Source: Acidobacteriota bacterium (GTDB taxonomy: Bacteria > Acidobacteriota > Thermoanaerobaculia > Gp7-AA8). Taken from it: DNA of 64,000 bases. A program made the translations under genes and the position numbers. Below are positions 32,839 through 42,422 of this stretch, in pieces. The number at the start of each line of letters is the position of its first letter. Position 1 is the stretch's first letter. The stretch covers positions 32,001 through 96,000 of the forward strand of contig JAFATB010000014.1 of assembly GCA_019244185.1 (NCBI GenBank). Direction: 5' to 3'. Under the pieces are notes generated by a model. The model was given only the letters and a program-made list of their open reading frames with translations, did no database searches and was not told the DNA's origin.

Positions 32839-34137
32839 ATGGCCACGACCACCGTTCGAATCAAGGATTTACCGCAGTACGTCGGCGAGACCGTCACGGT
32901 CAACGGCTGGCTGTACAACAAGCGCAGCTCCGGCAAGCTGCAGTTCCCGATCGTCCGCGACGGCAGCGGCGTCGTGCAGTGCGTCGTCTCGAAGAAGGAA
33001 GTCGACGAGACGTCGTGGAACGATTCCGACCGCGCCACGCAGGAGTCGACGCTCGCCGTGACCGGCAACGTCGTCTCGGAAACGCGCGCGCCCGGCGGCG
33101 TCGAGCTGCACGTGAAGGAAGTGCGCCTCATCGGCCTGGCCGATGCGTATCCGATCTCGCCGAAGGAACACGGCACCGACTTCCTCATGAATCACCGCCA
33201 TCTCTGGCTGCGCTCGATGAAGCAGCATCACGTGCTGCTCATCCGCAACGAGATCGAGAAGGCGATCCGCGACTTCTACTACGACCGCAACTTCGTCCTC
33301 ATCGACTCGCCGATCCTCACCGCGAACGCCGCGGAAGGAACGTCGACGCTCTTCGAGACCGATTACTTCGGCGACAAGGCGTACCTCTCGCAGTCGGGGC
33401 AGCTCTACCTCGAGCCCGCGGCCGCGGCATTCGGAAAGGTCTACTGCTTCGGTCCCACGTTCCGCGCGGAGAAGTCGAAGACGCGCCGGCACCTCATGGA
33501 GTTCTGGATGGTGGAGCCGGAAGTCGCGTTCCTCGACTTCGACGGCTTGCAGGCGCTCGCCGAGGAGTTCATCGAGTACATCGTGGGGCGCGTGCTCGAG
33601 CGGCAGATGGAATCGCTCAAAGAGCTCGAGCGCGACATCACGAAGCTCGAACAGGTGAAGCGGCCGTTCCCGCGCATCACGTACCGCGACGCCATCGAGC
33701 TGCTGAAGTCGAAAGGCATGCCCGCGAACTTCGGCGACGACATCGGCGGCGATGAGGAAACCGTCATCGCGAACTCGTACGACCGTCCGGTGATCATCAC
33801 GCGCTATCCCGCCGCGATCAAAGCCTTCTACATGCAGCCCGATCCGAACGATCCCGAGCTCGCCCTCGGCATGGACATGATCGCGCCCGAAGGCTACGGC
33901 GAGATCATCGGCGGCTCGCAGCGCATCCACGATCACGACCTGCTGCTGCAGCGCATCCAGGAGCACGGCCTGCCCGTCGACAAGTTCCAGTGGTACCTCG
34001 ACGTCCGCAAGTACGGCACCTTCCCGCACTCCGGCTTCGGCATGGGCGTCGAACGCGTCGTCGCATGGATCAGCGGCGTGCCGCACCTGCGCGAGACGAT
34101 TCCGTATCCGCGCATGCTGAACAGGATCTATCCGTGA
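32839..34137 (+). CDS. asnS: Asparagine--tRNA ligase
   Basis: [56 protein letters not shown]. Confidence 0.95.
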   Translation: MATTTVRIKDLPQYVGETVTVNGWLYNKRSSGKLQFPIVRDGSGVVQCVVSKKEVDETSWNDSDRATQESTLAVTGNVVSETRAPGGVELHVKEVRLIGLADAYPISPKEHGTDFLMNHRHLWLRSMKQHHVLLIRNEIEKAIRDFYYDRNFVLIDSPILTANAAEGTSTLFETDYFGDKAYLSQSGQLYLEPAAAAFGKVYCFGPTFRAEKSKTRRHLMEFWMVEPEVAFLDFDGLQALAEEFIEYIVGRVLERQMESLKELERDITKLEQVKRPFPRITYRDAIELLKSKGMPANFGDDIGGDEETVIANSYDRPVIITRYPAAIKAFYMQPDPNDPELALGMDMIAPEGYGEIIGGSQRIHDHDLLLQRIQEHGLPVDKFQWYLDVRKYGTFPHSGFGMGVERVVAWISGVPHLRETIPYPRMLNRIYP

Positions 34138-34234
34138 ACGATGATTGCTGAACGATGAACGATGAACAGGTACCGATGAGCGAGCACGCGACCAGCGACG
34201 ATCGTTCATCGCTCATCGTTCCTCGTTCCTCGTT
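34137..34234. repeat. Heptamer-repeat hairpin (GAACGAT)n ... (ATCGTTC/CTCGTTC)n overlapping the rnj start
   Basis: Left arm ~34137-34168, right arm ~34201-34234. Confidence 0.75.
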
Positions 34235-35858
34235 GCGCGTCATCCCCCTCGGCGGCCTCGGCGAGATCGGGATGAACCTCATGGTCTACGAGCTCGGCGA
34301 CACCGCCATCCTCGTCGACTGCGGCATGATGTTCCCCGACGCCGCCACGCTCGGTGTCGACGTCATCGTTCCCGACATGACGTACCTCTTCGACAATGCG
34401 TCGAAGGTCAAGGCGCTCTTCCTCACGCACGGCCACGAAGACCACATCGGCGCCGTGCCGTTTCTCGTCGACGAGCTGCCGCTGCCGGTCTACGGCACGC
34501 CGCTTGCGCTCGGCTTCGTCGCCGACAAGCTCGCGGAGTTCGGCATCGAAGGCATCGAGCTGCGCGAGATCCAGCCGCGCGAGACCGTGACCATCGACGA
34601 CTTCCGCATCGAGGCCATTCGCGTGACGCATTCGATCGTCGACGCCGTCGGCTACGCCATCTCGACGCCCGTGGGCACGATCATCCATACCGGCGACTTC
34701 AAGATCGATCACACGCCGATCGATGCGAAGCCGACCGACCTCGCGCGCTTCGCGCAGTACGGCGAAGACGGCGTGCTGCTGCTCGTCAGCGACTCGACCA
34801 ACGCGCTCGTGCCGGGACACGGACCTTCCGAGAAGAGCGTCGGCGGCGCGCTGGATCGACTCTTTGCGAATGCGAAAGGCCGCATTCTCGTGACGACGTT
34901 CGCGTCGCACATCCATCGCGTGCAGCAGGTCATCGACCTCGCGCGCAAGCATCGCCGCAAGGTCCTGCTCGTCGGCCGCTCGCTCGTCGACAACGTCGAA
35001 ACCGCGGAGCGCCTCGGCTACCTCAAGTTCCCGCGCGAGACGCGCGCATCCGGCCCCGAACTCGCGCCGCGCGACCTCGTCATCATGACCACGGGGACGC
35101 AGGGCGAGCCATCGTCCGCGCTCGCGCGCATGGCCGTCGGCGAGCACAAACAGGTCTCGATCGAACGCGGCGATCTCGTCGTCATCTCCGCGCGCACGAT
35201 CCCGGGCAACGAGCGCGCCGTCGCGCACGTCATCGACAACCTCTATCGCCGCGGCGCCGAAGTCGTGCATCACGAGCAGCCGGACGTCCACGTCTCCGGC
35301 CACGCGTGCGAGGAAGAGCTGAAGCTGATGCTGAACGTCACGCGGCCGCGCTTCTTCATCCCCATGCACGGCACGCTGCGGCATCTCATCCACCACGCGC
35401 GTCTCGCCGAAGCGGTCGGCGTGCCGCACGGCGTCGTGATCACGAACGGCCAGGTCGCCGAACTGGACGGCGACGCGATCCACGTCCTCGAAGACCGCGT
35501 CGCGCACGGCAAAGTCTTCATCGACTCGGAAGCGGAGGAAGTGCCCGACGTCGTCGTGCGCGACCGCCAGCACCTCGCCGAAGACGGGTTCGTGATCGTG
35601 GTCGTCGCCGTCGACAACAACGGGCGCCTGATCCGCGATCCGGAGATCATCACGCGCGGTCTCGTGCACGTCGATGCGAGTCAGGAAATCCTCGCCGAGG
35701 TGCGCACGCTGCTCGTTGGCATGTTTGACGAAAGTCCGGCGGACGAGCTGCGCGACTCCGATCTGCTGCAGGAGAAGATGCGCGCGCTGCTGAAACGCTA
35801 CTTCCGCAAAAGCATGGGACGGCGACCGATGATCCTGCCCGTGATCTGGGAGATGTGA
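34176..35858 (+). CDS. rnj: Ribonuclease J
   Basis: IPLGGLGEIGMN, THGHEDHIG, GDFK, HVSGH, PMHG; start could be 34155 or 34176. Confidence 0.95.
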   Translation: MSEHATSDDRSSLIVPRSSLRVIPLGGLGEIGMNLMVYELGDTAILVDCGMMFPDAATLGVDVIVPDMTYLFDNASKVKALFLTHGHEDHIGAVPFLVDELPLPVYGTPLALGFVADKLAEFGIEGIELREIQPRETVTIDDFRIEAIRVTHSIVDAVGYAISTPVGTIIHTGDFKIDHTPIDAKPTDLARFAQYGEDGVLLLVSDSTNALVPGHGPSEKSVGGALDRLFANAKGRILVTTFASHIHRVQQVIDLARKHRRKVLLVGRSLVDNVETAERLGYLKFPRETRASGPELAPRDLVIMTTGTQGEPSSALARMAVGEHKQVSIERGDLVVISARTIPGNERAVAHVIDNLYRRGAEVVHHEQPDVHVSGHACEEELKLMLNVTRPRFFIPMHGTLRHLIHHARLAEAVGVPHGVVITNGQVAELDGDAIHVLEDRVAHGKVFIDSEAEEVPDVVVRDRQHLAEDGFVIVVVAVDNNGRLIRDPEIITRGLVHVDASQEILAEVRTLLVGMFDESPADELRDSDLLQEKMRALLKRYFRKSMGRRPMILPVIWEM

Positions 35859-36683
35859 ATGTCCATCCTCGAAGCGATCGTCCTCGGCCTCGTGCAGGGC
35901 CTCACCGAGTTCATTCCGATCTCGTCGAGCGCGCACCTCAAACTCGTCCCCGAGCTTCTCGGCTGGGGCGATCCCGGCGCCGCGGTCTCCGCGGTCATCC
36001 AGTTCGGCACCATCGTCGCCGTGATCATCTACTTCGCGCGCGACATCCTGCGGCTCATCGCCGGCTTCTTCCGCGGCCTCGTGACCCGGCGTCCGTTCGC
36101 CGATCAGGATTCCGCGGAAGCGTGGTACGTGATCGTCGCCACGATCCCGATCCTCGTCCTCGGCGTGCTGCTCAAGGACTTCATCCACGGCGTCTTCCGC
36201 AGCACGTGGGTCATCACGATCCAGCTCGTGACGATCGCGGTGCTGCTGCAGCTCGCGGAAGCGTACGCGCGGCGCCGCGGCTTCCGCACGCGTGAGGACT
36301 TCAACATCAAAGACGCCGCGATCATGGGCGCGGGGCAGTGCATCGCGCTCATCCCCGGCTCGTCGCGCAGCGGCTCGACGATCATGACCGCGCTCTTCCG
36401 CCGCATGACGCACGACTACGCCGCGCGTTTCTCGTTCCTGATGAGCATCCCCGCGATCACCGCCGCGGGCGTGTACGAGCTCTTCTCCGAACGCGCCGCG
36501 CTCGCGAAGATCGGCACGACGCCGATCGTCGTCTCGATCCTCGTCGCCTTCGTCTCCGGCTGGGCGTCGATCTGGTTCCTGCTGCGCTACCTGCGCACGC
36601 ACACGACGCACGTTTTCATCTATTACCGCTACGTGCTCGCCGTCGTCGTCGCGATCGCGTTGTGGACGGGCTACATGAAATGA
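35859..36683 (+). CDS. uppP: Undecaprenyl-diphosphate phosphatase
   Basis: LGLVQGLTEFIPISSSAH and PGSSRSGSTI motifs. Confidence 0.95.
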   Translation: MSILEAIVLGLVQGLTEFIPISSSAHLKLVPELLGWGDPGAAVSAVIQFGTIVAVIIYFARDILRLIAGFFRGLVTRRPFADQDSAEAWYVIVATIPILVLGVLLKDFIHGVFRSTWVITIQLVTIAVLLQLAEAYARRRGFRTREDFNIKDAAIMGAGQCIALIPGSSRSGSTIMTALFRRMTHDYAARFSFLMSIPAITAAGVYELFSERAALAKIGTTPIVVSILVAFVSGWASIWFLLRYLRTHTTHVFIYYRYVLAVVVAIALWTGYMK

Positions 36684-37321
36684 AGCGCGCCACCGCGATC
36701 CTCGTTCTTCTGGCATGCTGCACGCCGATGCCCGCCGCGCCGCACGCCCGCTATCTCGCCCTCGGCGACTCGTACACGATCGGCGAGAGCGTCGCGGCGT
36801 CGGAACGCTTTCCGATGCAACTCGCGGCGCTGCTGAAGCTCGGTGAGCCGGAGATCATCGCTAAGACCGGCTGGACGACCGACGAGCTGAACGCCGCCAT
36901 CGACGCCGCGAAGCCGCACGGTCCATACGAGCTCGTCACGCTGCTCATCGGCGTCAACAATCAATACCGCGGCCGCGACACGGAGCAGTACCGGCGCGAG
37001 TTCGCGGCGCTGCTGCAGCGCGCGATCGGCTTCGCCGGCGGCAACGCGAAGCACGTCGTCGTCGTCTCGATTCCCGACTGGGGCATCACGCCGTTCGCCG
37101 AAGGCCGCGACCGCGCGAAGATCGGCCGCGAGATCGATCGCTTCAACTCAATCAATCGCGAGGAAACGCAACGCGCCGGCGCGCACTATGCGGACATCAC
37201 GCCGGTCTCGCGCCGCGAGACGACGCTCATCGCGCCGGACGGACTCCATCCGTCGGGAGCGATGTACACGAAGTGGGTGGATGTGATCGCGCCGGAAGCG
37301 CGGGCAGCGCTCGCGCGCTAA
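36680..37321 (+). CDS. SGNH/GDSL hydrolase, secreted or lipoprotein
   Basis: LALGDSYT, IGVNN, DGLHPS; start overlaps the uppP stop. Confidence 0.9.
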   Translation: MKRATAILVLLACCTPMPAAPHARYLALGDSYTIGESVAASERFPMQLAALLKLGEPEIIAKTGWTTDELNAAIDAAKPHGPYELVTLLIGVNNQYRGRDTEQYRREFAALLQRAIGFAGGNAKHVVVVSIPDWGITPFAEGRDRAKIGREIDRFNSINREETQRAGAHYADITPVSRRETTLIAPDGLHPSGAMYTKWVDVIAPEARAALAR

Positions 37322-37833
37322 TCGGACAAAACCTGCACTTCGGGGATGTTGCGGTACTTCTCCGCGAAGTCGAGGCCGTAGCCGATCACGAACTGCGGGT
37401 CGATGCTGAAGCCGACGTACTCGGGCGTGAACGGCACCTTGCGCGCCTTCGGCTTGTCGAGGAACGCCGCGGTCTTCACTTTCGCCGCGCCGCGGCTCTC
37501 GATGTAGTTGTGCACCTCGCGGATGGAGAGGCCGCTGTCGATGATGTCCTCGACGATCAGCACGCTCTTGCCGCGCATGTCGAGCTGCGGCTCCTTGAGG
37601 ATCGTGACCACGCCCGACGAGTATTTCTGGTTGCCGTAGCTCGAGATCTGGATGAAGTCGAGCGCGACGTCCATGGTCATGTTGCGCACCAGATCGGCGC
37701 AGAAGAACATCGCTCCTTTGAGCACGCAGAGCGCGATCAGTTCCGTGCCGGCGAACTCCGCTTCGATCTCGCGCGCCATCTCGGCCACGCGCCCGTCGAT
37801 CTGTTCACGAGAGATTAACGTCGTCTGTGCCAT
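37318..37833 (-). CDS. hpt: Hypoxanthine phosphoribosyltransferase
   Basis: VLKGA, VLIVEDIIDSG, FVIGYGLD..EKYRN. Confidence 0.95.
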   Translation of the reverse strand: MAQTTLISREQIDGRVAEMAREIEAEFAGTELIALCVLKGAMFFCADLVRNMTMDVALDFIQISSYGNQKYSSGVVTILKEPQLDMRGKSVLIVEDIIDSGLSIREVHNYIESRGAAKVKTAAFLDKPKARKVPFTPEYVGFSIDPQFVIGYGLDFAEKYRNIPEVQVLSD

Positions 37834-37864
37834 TCGTGCCAGAATCATAGCATCGGGTTTCAAC

Positions 37865-39427
37865 GTGTCCGTCGCTGACGTCGAAGCACTCCATGCACGC
37901 TACGTGAGGGTCGCCGATCGCTTCAAAGCGATCTGGACGTACCACCAGTTCGCGACGGGAATCTTCCGCAATCTGCTCGACCGGCCGGCGCCGTATCAGC
38001 TCGATTTCAAGCGCGTCTACGAACGCATCCGCAAGGCCGGCGGGAAGCTGAATGAAGCCGAAGCCGCCGACGCGCGCGACGCCCTCGATGCCGCCGCACG
38101 CGCCCTCGACGACGCCACGAAAGCGCTCCTCGGCGCCGACGACGCCATCGCCACCTCGCTCGTCCGCCGCTTCTTCGACAAGCTCAATCTCAAAGACGAA
38201 GAGATCATCTACTTCCTCATCAAGTTCTATCTCTACGCGGACGCCGTCGAAGGCGACCGCCGCGACAAGCTCGATTTCTTCTTCACGCGCATCGGCGAGG
38301 AACTGCTGCCCGAGCGCGGCGCCTACATCTCGCGCGAGTCGCTCGAGTTCCGCGAGCGCGTCATCGCCCTCGTCTCCGCGATGCGCACCGCGCCCGCGCC
38401 GCGCGACGAGGTGCTGCGCATCATCCGCGCGATCCGTTCGATGCGCGACGAGATGCAGCAGGCCACGACGTTCGAGGACCTGACCGACCGTCACCTGCTG
38501 AAGAACGCGCGCACGTTCAAGCACCGCATCGGCGATCTCTACTTCGACCCCGACGTGCTCCTCGCCGTCGTCGAGCTGAATGTCGCCGCGAAGAACCGCT
38601 TCATCGAGCTCTATCAAATCGAGGAGCAGCGCATCCTCGAGGACTCGCAGAAGCTCCTCGCGCACGGCGACGCGATCGAGCGCAACTTCGGCGAGACGAA
38701 CCCCGAGCTCGCCGAAGCGATCGGCCGGTTCCGCGAATACAAGGAGCGCTTCGACGCGCTGCGCGCGGAGTCGAACGTGAAGCACGACCTCGTGACGCAG
38801 CTCAAGACCAGCATCGGCGAGGTGCTCTCGCAGCTCGACCGCGGCCTCGCGCAGGACTCGGCCAGCATCGACGACGACGTCGAGGAACTGCCGCCGGCGT
38901 TCTTCGACGAACAGCAGCAGGTCGAGACGATGAGCGAGCGCTTCGGACGCCACGATCCGCTGCTGCCGCAGCTCGTGCGCATCGCGTCGGCGCTCGACTA
39001 TCTCTCCGTCGAGATCGCACCCGAAGAAGTGATCGAGCTGCCCGCCGCGCGCGAGCTGCGCCTCGAGGCGTGGGAAGTGGCCGCGTATCAGAAGCTCTTC
39101 GAGCGCCGGCCGCCCGACGCGGAAGAGGATACCGAGGAGCTGTGGATGCTGTTCGTGCGCGCGGCGGCGCTGCGGATCAAGGTGGACGAAGAGGCGACGA
39201 TCCTCGCCACGACGATGGCCGCCGGCGTGAGGCCGGAACCGGAGCTGCTCGCGCGCGCGAAGAAGAGCCTCGACCTCGCGAAAGAGCTCGACGAGCAGTT
39301 CGGCGACTTCCTGCAGGAGGCGGTCTACTACTCGAACCGGCCGATCCTGCACCAGCTCTACCGTTCGCGTTTCCGGCTGCTGCGCGGCTTCTCGGGGCTC
39401 TGGCTGATTTATGATCGCCAGTCGTGA
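37865..39427 (+). CDS. Hypothetical alpha-helical protein
   Basis: Long ORF with coding-like codon usage, overlapping the next gene; GTG start inferred. Confidence 0.7.
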   Translation: MSVADVEALHARYVRVADRFKAIWTYHQFATGIFRNLLDRPAPYQLDFKRVYERIRKAGGKLNEAEAADARDALDAAARALDDATKALLGADDAIATSLVRRFFDKLNLKDEEIIYFLIKFYLYADAVEGDRRDKLDFFFTRIGEELLPERGAYISRESLEFRERVIALVSAMRTAPAPRDEVLRIIRAIRSMRDEMQQATTFEDLTDRHLLKNARTFKHRIGDLYFDPDVLLAVVELNVAAKNRFIELYQIEEQRILEDSQKLLAHGDAIERNFGETNPELAEAIGRFREYKERFDALRAESNVKHDLVTQLKTSIGEVLSQLDRGLAQDSASIDDDVEELPPAFFDEQQQVETMSERFGRHDPLLPQLVRIASALDYLSVEIAPEEVIELPAARELRLEAWEVAAYQKLFERRPPDAEEDTEELWMLFVRAAALRIKVDEEATILATTMAAGVRPEPELLARAKKSLDLAKELDEQFGDFLQEAVYYSNRPILHQLYRSRFRLLRGFSGLWLIYDRQS

Positions 39428-40107
39428 AGACGTATCGCTTCGAGCACAACGGCCGCATCTCCGAATCCTCCGAGCTTCCTGAAGGCGCGCGACTCCTCGC
39501 GCCGGTCACGCCGTCGAAGATCGTCTGCATCGGCCGCAACTACGCCGATCACGCGAAGGAGCTCGGCAACGAGGCGCCGTCCGAGCCGATCATTTTTCTC
39601 AAGCCGCCGAGCGCACTGCTCGATCCCGGCGCGACCATCGTGCGTCCGGCGATGTCGCAGCGCGTCGACTTCGAAGGCGAGCTGGCGATCGTCATCGGAC
39701 GCACCGCGAAGAACGTGAAGGCGGCGCAGTGGCGCGGCGTCGTGCGCGGTTTCACCTGCGCGAATGACGTGACCGCGCGCGATCTGCAAAAGAAGGACGT
39801 TCAGTTCACGCGCGGCAAAGGCTTCGACACGTTCTGCCCGCTCGGCCCCTGCATCGAGGACGATCTCGACGTTGCCGATCTGCGCCTCACGACGCGCGTC
39901 GACGGCGCGACGCGGCAGGACGGCCGCACGTCGCAGATGATCTTCGCCTGCGATTTCCTCGTCGAGTTCATCACCTCCATCATGACGCTCGTGCCCGGCG
40001 ATGTGATCCTCACCGGCACGCCCGCTGGCGTCGGCCCGCTGCAAAGCGGCGAGACGGTGGAGGTGGAAATCGAAGGCGTCGGCGTCCTGCACAATGACGT
40101 TCGATGA
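39424..40107 (+). CDS. Fumarylacetoacetate hydrolase family protein
   Basis: KIVCIGRNY, FLKP, DFEGEL, NDVTARD, GDVILTGTPAGVG. Confidence 0.93.
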   Translation: MKTYRFEHNGRISESSELPEGARLLAPVTPSKIVCIGRNYADHAKELGNEAPSEPIIFLKPPSALLDPGATIVRPAMSQRVDFEGELAIVIGRTAKNVKAAQWRGVVRGFTCANDVTARDLQKKDVQFTRGKGFDTFCPLGPCIEDDLDVADLRLTTRVDGATRQDGRTSQMIFACDFLVEFITSIMTLVPGDVILTGTPAGVGPLQSGETVEVEIEGVGVLHNDVR

Positions 40108-41186
40108 CGAATTGGCGTGAGCAGCTCACGCAACTCTTCCCCGCGCTCGCGCATCTGAGCGACGACTCCTACGTCGTCGGCGGCGCGATCCGCGATCTCC
40201 TCCTCGGACGCACGCCCGCCGACGCCGACGTGGCCTGTCTCGACCCTCTCACCGCCGCGCGTCGCGTCAGCCCGCGCGTGATCCGCCTCGGCAATCAGGA
40301 GCACCTGAGCGCATACCGCGTCGTGCTCCCGAATCACATCTACGACTTCGCCGCGCTCCTCGACGGCCACATCGACGCCGATCTCGCGCGCCGCGACTTC
40401 ACGATCAACGCGATGGCCGTCGATCTTCGCGCCGATGAGCTCCTCGACCCGCACGGCGGCCAGCGCGACGTCGCCGCGCGCACCGTGCGCATGGTTCGCC
40501 CCGAGAACTTCGACGACGATCCGCTGCGGACGCTGAAAGCGATCCGCATGGCCGTGAAGTACGACTTCACCATCGACGACGCGACGATCGCCGCGATCCG
40601 CTCCCGCGCGCATCGCATCACCGAGGTCGCCACCGAGCGCGTGCTCTACGAGCTGACGGTGATCCTGTCCTCGAACGCGCTCCGCAAAGCCGTCGCACTC
40701 TTCGACGCCACCGCTCTCGCCGAACCCCTCGGCCTCCACCTCCGCGCACTCCACGCCGACGAAGTCCCCCTCGCCGCCGCCCTCGCGCTGCTCGTCGACG
40801 ATCCGCGCGCATCCGCCGAACGCTGGCGCTGGAGCGATGCGCTGCTCCACGACGTGCTGGCCCTGCAGCACCTCGTCGACCATCACGACCGCATCGCCCT
40901 CTTCGACGCCGGCGAATCCGTCGCGCGCCAGCTGCCGCCACTCCTCCGCGCCCTCGGCCGCGACGACGCGCTCGACTTCCCCGACTTCACGACGCGCGCG
41001 CTCCTCACCGGCAACGAGATCGCACAACTCGCGAACGTCCCACGCGGCCCCGAACTCGGCGCGCTCAAACGCGCCCTTCTCGAAGCGCAACTGCGCGGCG
41101 AGGTGGTGACGCGTGCCGACGCTGAGAGATACGTTGGGGAGTCGACCGTGAGGCCTCCGGCGGGCCGGCCCGGCCGGCAGCGCTAA
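40104..41186 (+). CDS. Class II tRNA nucleotidyltransferase, possibly CC-adding type
   Basis: VGGAIRD, DADV, RRDFTINAMA, DDPLR; no HD domain. Confidence 0.85.
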   Translation: MTNWREQLTQLFPALAHLSDDSYVVGGAIRDLLLGRTPADADVACLDPLTAARRVSPRVIRLGNQEHLSAYRVVLPNHIYDFAALLDGHIDADLARRDFTINAMAVDLRADELLDPHGGQRDVAARTVRMVRPENFDDDPLRTLKAIRMAVKYDFTIDDATIAAIRSRAHRITEVATERVLYELTVILSSNALRKAVALFDATALAEPLGLHLRALHADEVPLAAALALLVDDPRASAERWRWSDALLHDVLALQHLVDHHDRIALFDAGESVARQLPPLLRALGRDDALDFPDFTTRALLTGNEIAQLANVPRGPELGALKRALLEAQLRGEVVTRADAERYVGESTVRPPAGRPGRQR

Positions 41187-41298
41187 GGGCCTAGCCGCGA
41201 CGCACGTGCGGCTGCCGTGAACGACGTTAACTGCAGCCGCACGTGCGGATAGGCTAAGCCCTTAGCGCTGCCGGCCGCGCCGGCCCGCCGGAGGCCTC
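41150..41298. repeat. Long palindromic REP/REPIN- or MITE-like element, copy 2 (inverted relative to copy 1)
   Basis: Arms 41150-41190 / 41258-41298 are nearly identical to copy 1 arms. Confidence 0.9.
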
Positions 41299-41319
41299 TC
41301 GTCGTCTCCTCGTCGTCCC

Positions 41320-41985
41320 TCAGCGACTCAGCGTCACGTTCACTTCGCCGACGGTCGTGTGCACGTTCACGTGGGAGCGGCCGCCGGTGGGGTTCACGAA
41401 GTGCGTGCGGCCGGGGAGGATGCCTTCGCGGTCGACGAGTTGGGTGCCGAGGTTGGCGTGGACCTCGCCGATGCGGCTAGAGGCGTTGAGCTCGTGGACG
41501 GAGTCGCGGGGGACGTTCACGCGGATCTCGCCGGCGCGGAGGCCGATCTCGAGATCGCCGAAGTTGCCGTCGACGTCGATCTCGCCGGCGGAGGTGGCGA
41601 ACTCCACGTCGACGCCGGGCGGGAGCTCGATGCGGACGTCGATGCCGGTGAACTTGCGCGCGCGCCAGCTGTCGGCCTGCGGGCCGAACTTGCGGCGGAG
41701 GGTGGCTTGGGCGCCGTTGACGACGAACTCGATCGACGTGTCGTCGACGACCTTCTGCGCCCAGTCACGTTCGTGCTGGCCGTCGTAGTCGCGGGACGCG
41801 ATGCCGGAGAGCGCAAGGCGATCGGCGGTGCCGTTGCGGACGGTGAACGTGCCGAAGGGGACGTCGATGAGGACGCGCTGGACCTGGCCGCGGGGGACGG
41901 TGGATTGGAAGCGGTGTTCGACGTCGACGGCGAAGGCGGACGACGCGAGGAGGAGCGAGACGGTGGCGGCGAGGAGGATGCGCAT
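41320..41985 (-). CDS. Secreted beta-strand-repeat protein (DUF4097-like)
   Basis: Signal peptide; repeated (S/T)xxGEI/GEV motifs. Confidence 0.6.
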   Translation of the reverse strand: MRILLAATVSLLLASSAFAVDVEHRFQSTVPRGQVQRVLIDVPFGTFTVRNGTADRLALSGIASRDYDGQHERDWAQKVVDDTSIEFVVNGAQATLRRKFGPQADSWRARKFTGIDVRIELPPGVDVEFATSAGEIDVDGNFGDLEIGLRAGEIRVNVPRDSVHELNASSRIGEVHANLGTQLVDREGILPGRTHFVNPTGGRSHVNVHTTVGEVNVTLSR

Positions 41986-42026
41986 GATGTCAGTTACGCG
42001 GCGACGGCGCGAAAAGTTGCGAGAGC

Positions 42027-42058
42027 AAAAAAGAAAGGCCGGCTTACGCCGGCCTTTC
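42027..42058 (-). terminator. Rho-independent terminator
   Basis: Minus strand GAAAGGCCGGC-GTAA-GCCGGCCTTTC followed by TTTTTT. Confidence 0.85.
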
Positions 42059-42091
42059 AGTACGACTCCCCAAAGGTTCGGTGATGATCGC

Positions 42092-42181
42092 TTACTTCTT
42101 CTTCGACGACTTCTTGCTGCTGCTGCCGCCGCTGGACTTCTTCGACGAAGACTTGGAACCGCCCTTCTTCGAGGCTGCCAT
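42092..42181 (-). CDS. 29-aa Lys/Ser-rich basic small protein MAASKKGGSKSSSKKSSGGSSSKKSSKKK
   Basis: ATG..TAA in frame; AAAGGTGGTGAG SD-like sequence upstream; promoter upstream and terminator downstream; below the ORF-track size cutoff. Confidence 0.75.
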   Translation of the reverse strand: MAASKKGGSKSSSKKSSGGSSSKKSSKKK

Positions 42182-42366
42182 TAGTGCTCACCACCTTTCA
42201 TGCCGTACGGGACCTCCCGGTCGCGCTTCTTGGCATAACGCGCCGGATCGCTCCGGCAAACTCGTTACCGATGTGCGGGGGAACCGGGGAAGTGGAGATA
42301 CGGGTGATGACGACCTGCGACTTGACTGAATCTTTCATCCAGTAGGCGATCATCATGTACTGATCA

Positions 42367-42395
42367 AAAGTAGGATCGTTAATCCATATTGTCAA
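42367..42395 (-). promoter_or_regulatory. Near-consensus sigma70 promoter
   Basis: Minus strand TTGACA-N17-TACTTT within an AT-rich patch. Confidence 0.75.
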
Positions 42396-42422
42396 GCGAT
42401 TTGTTTATCGAAATCGTAATTC

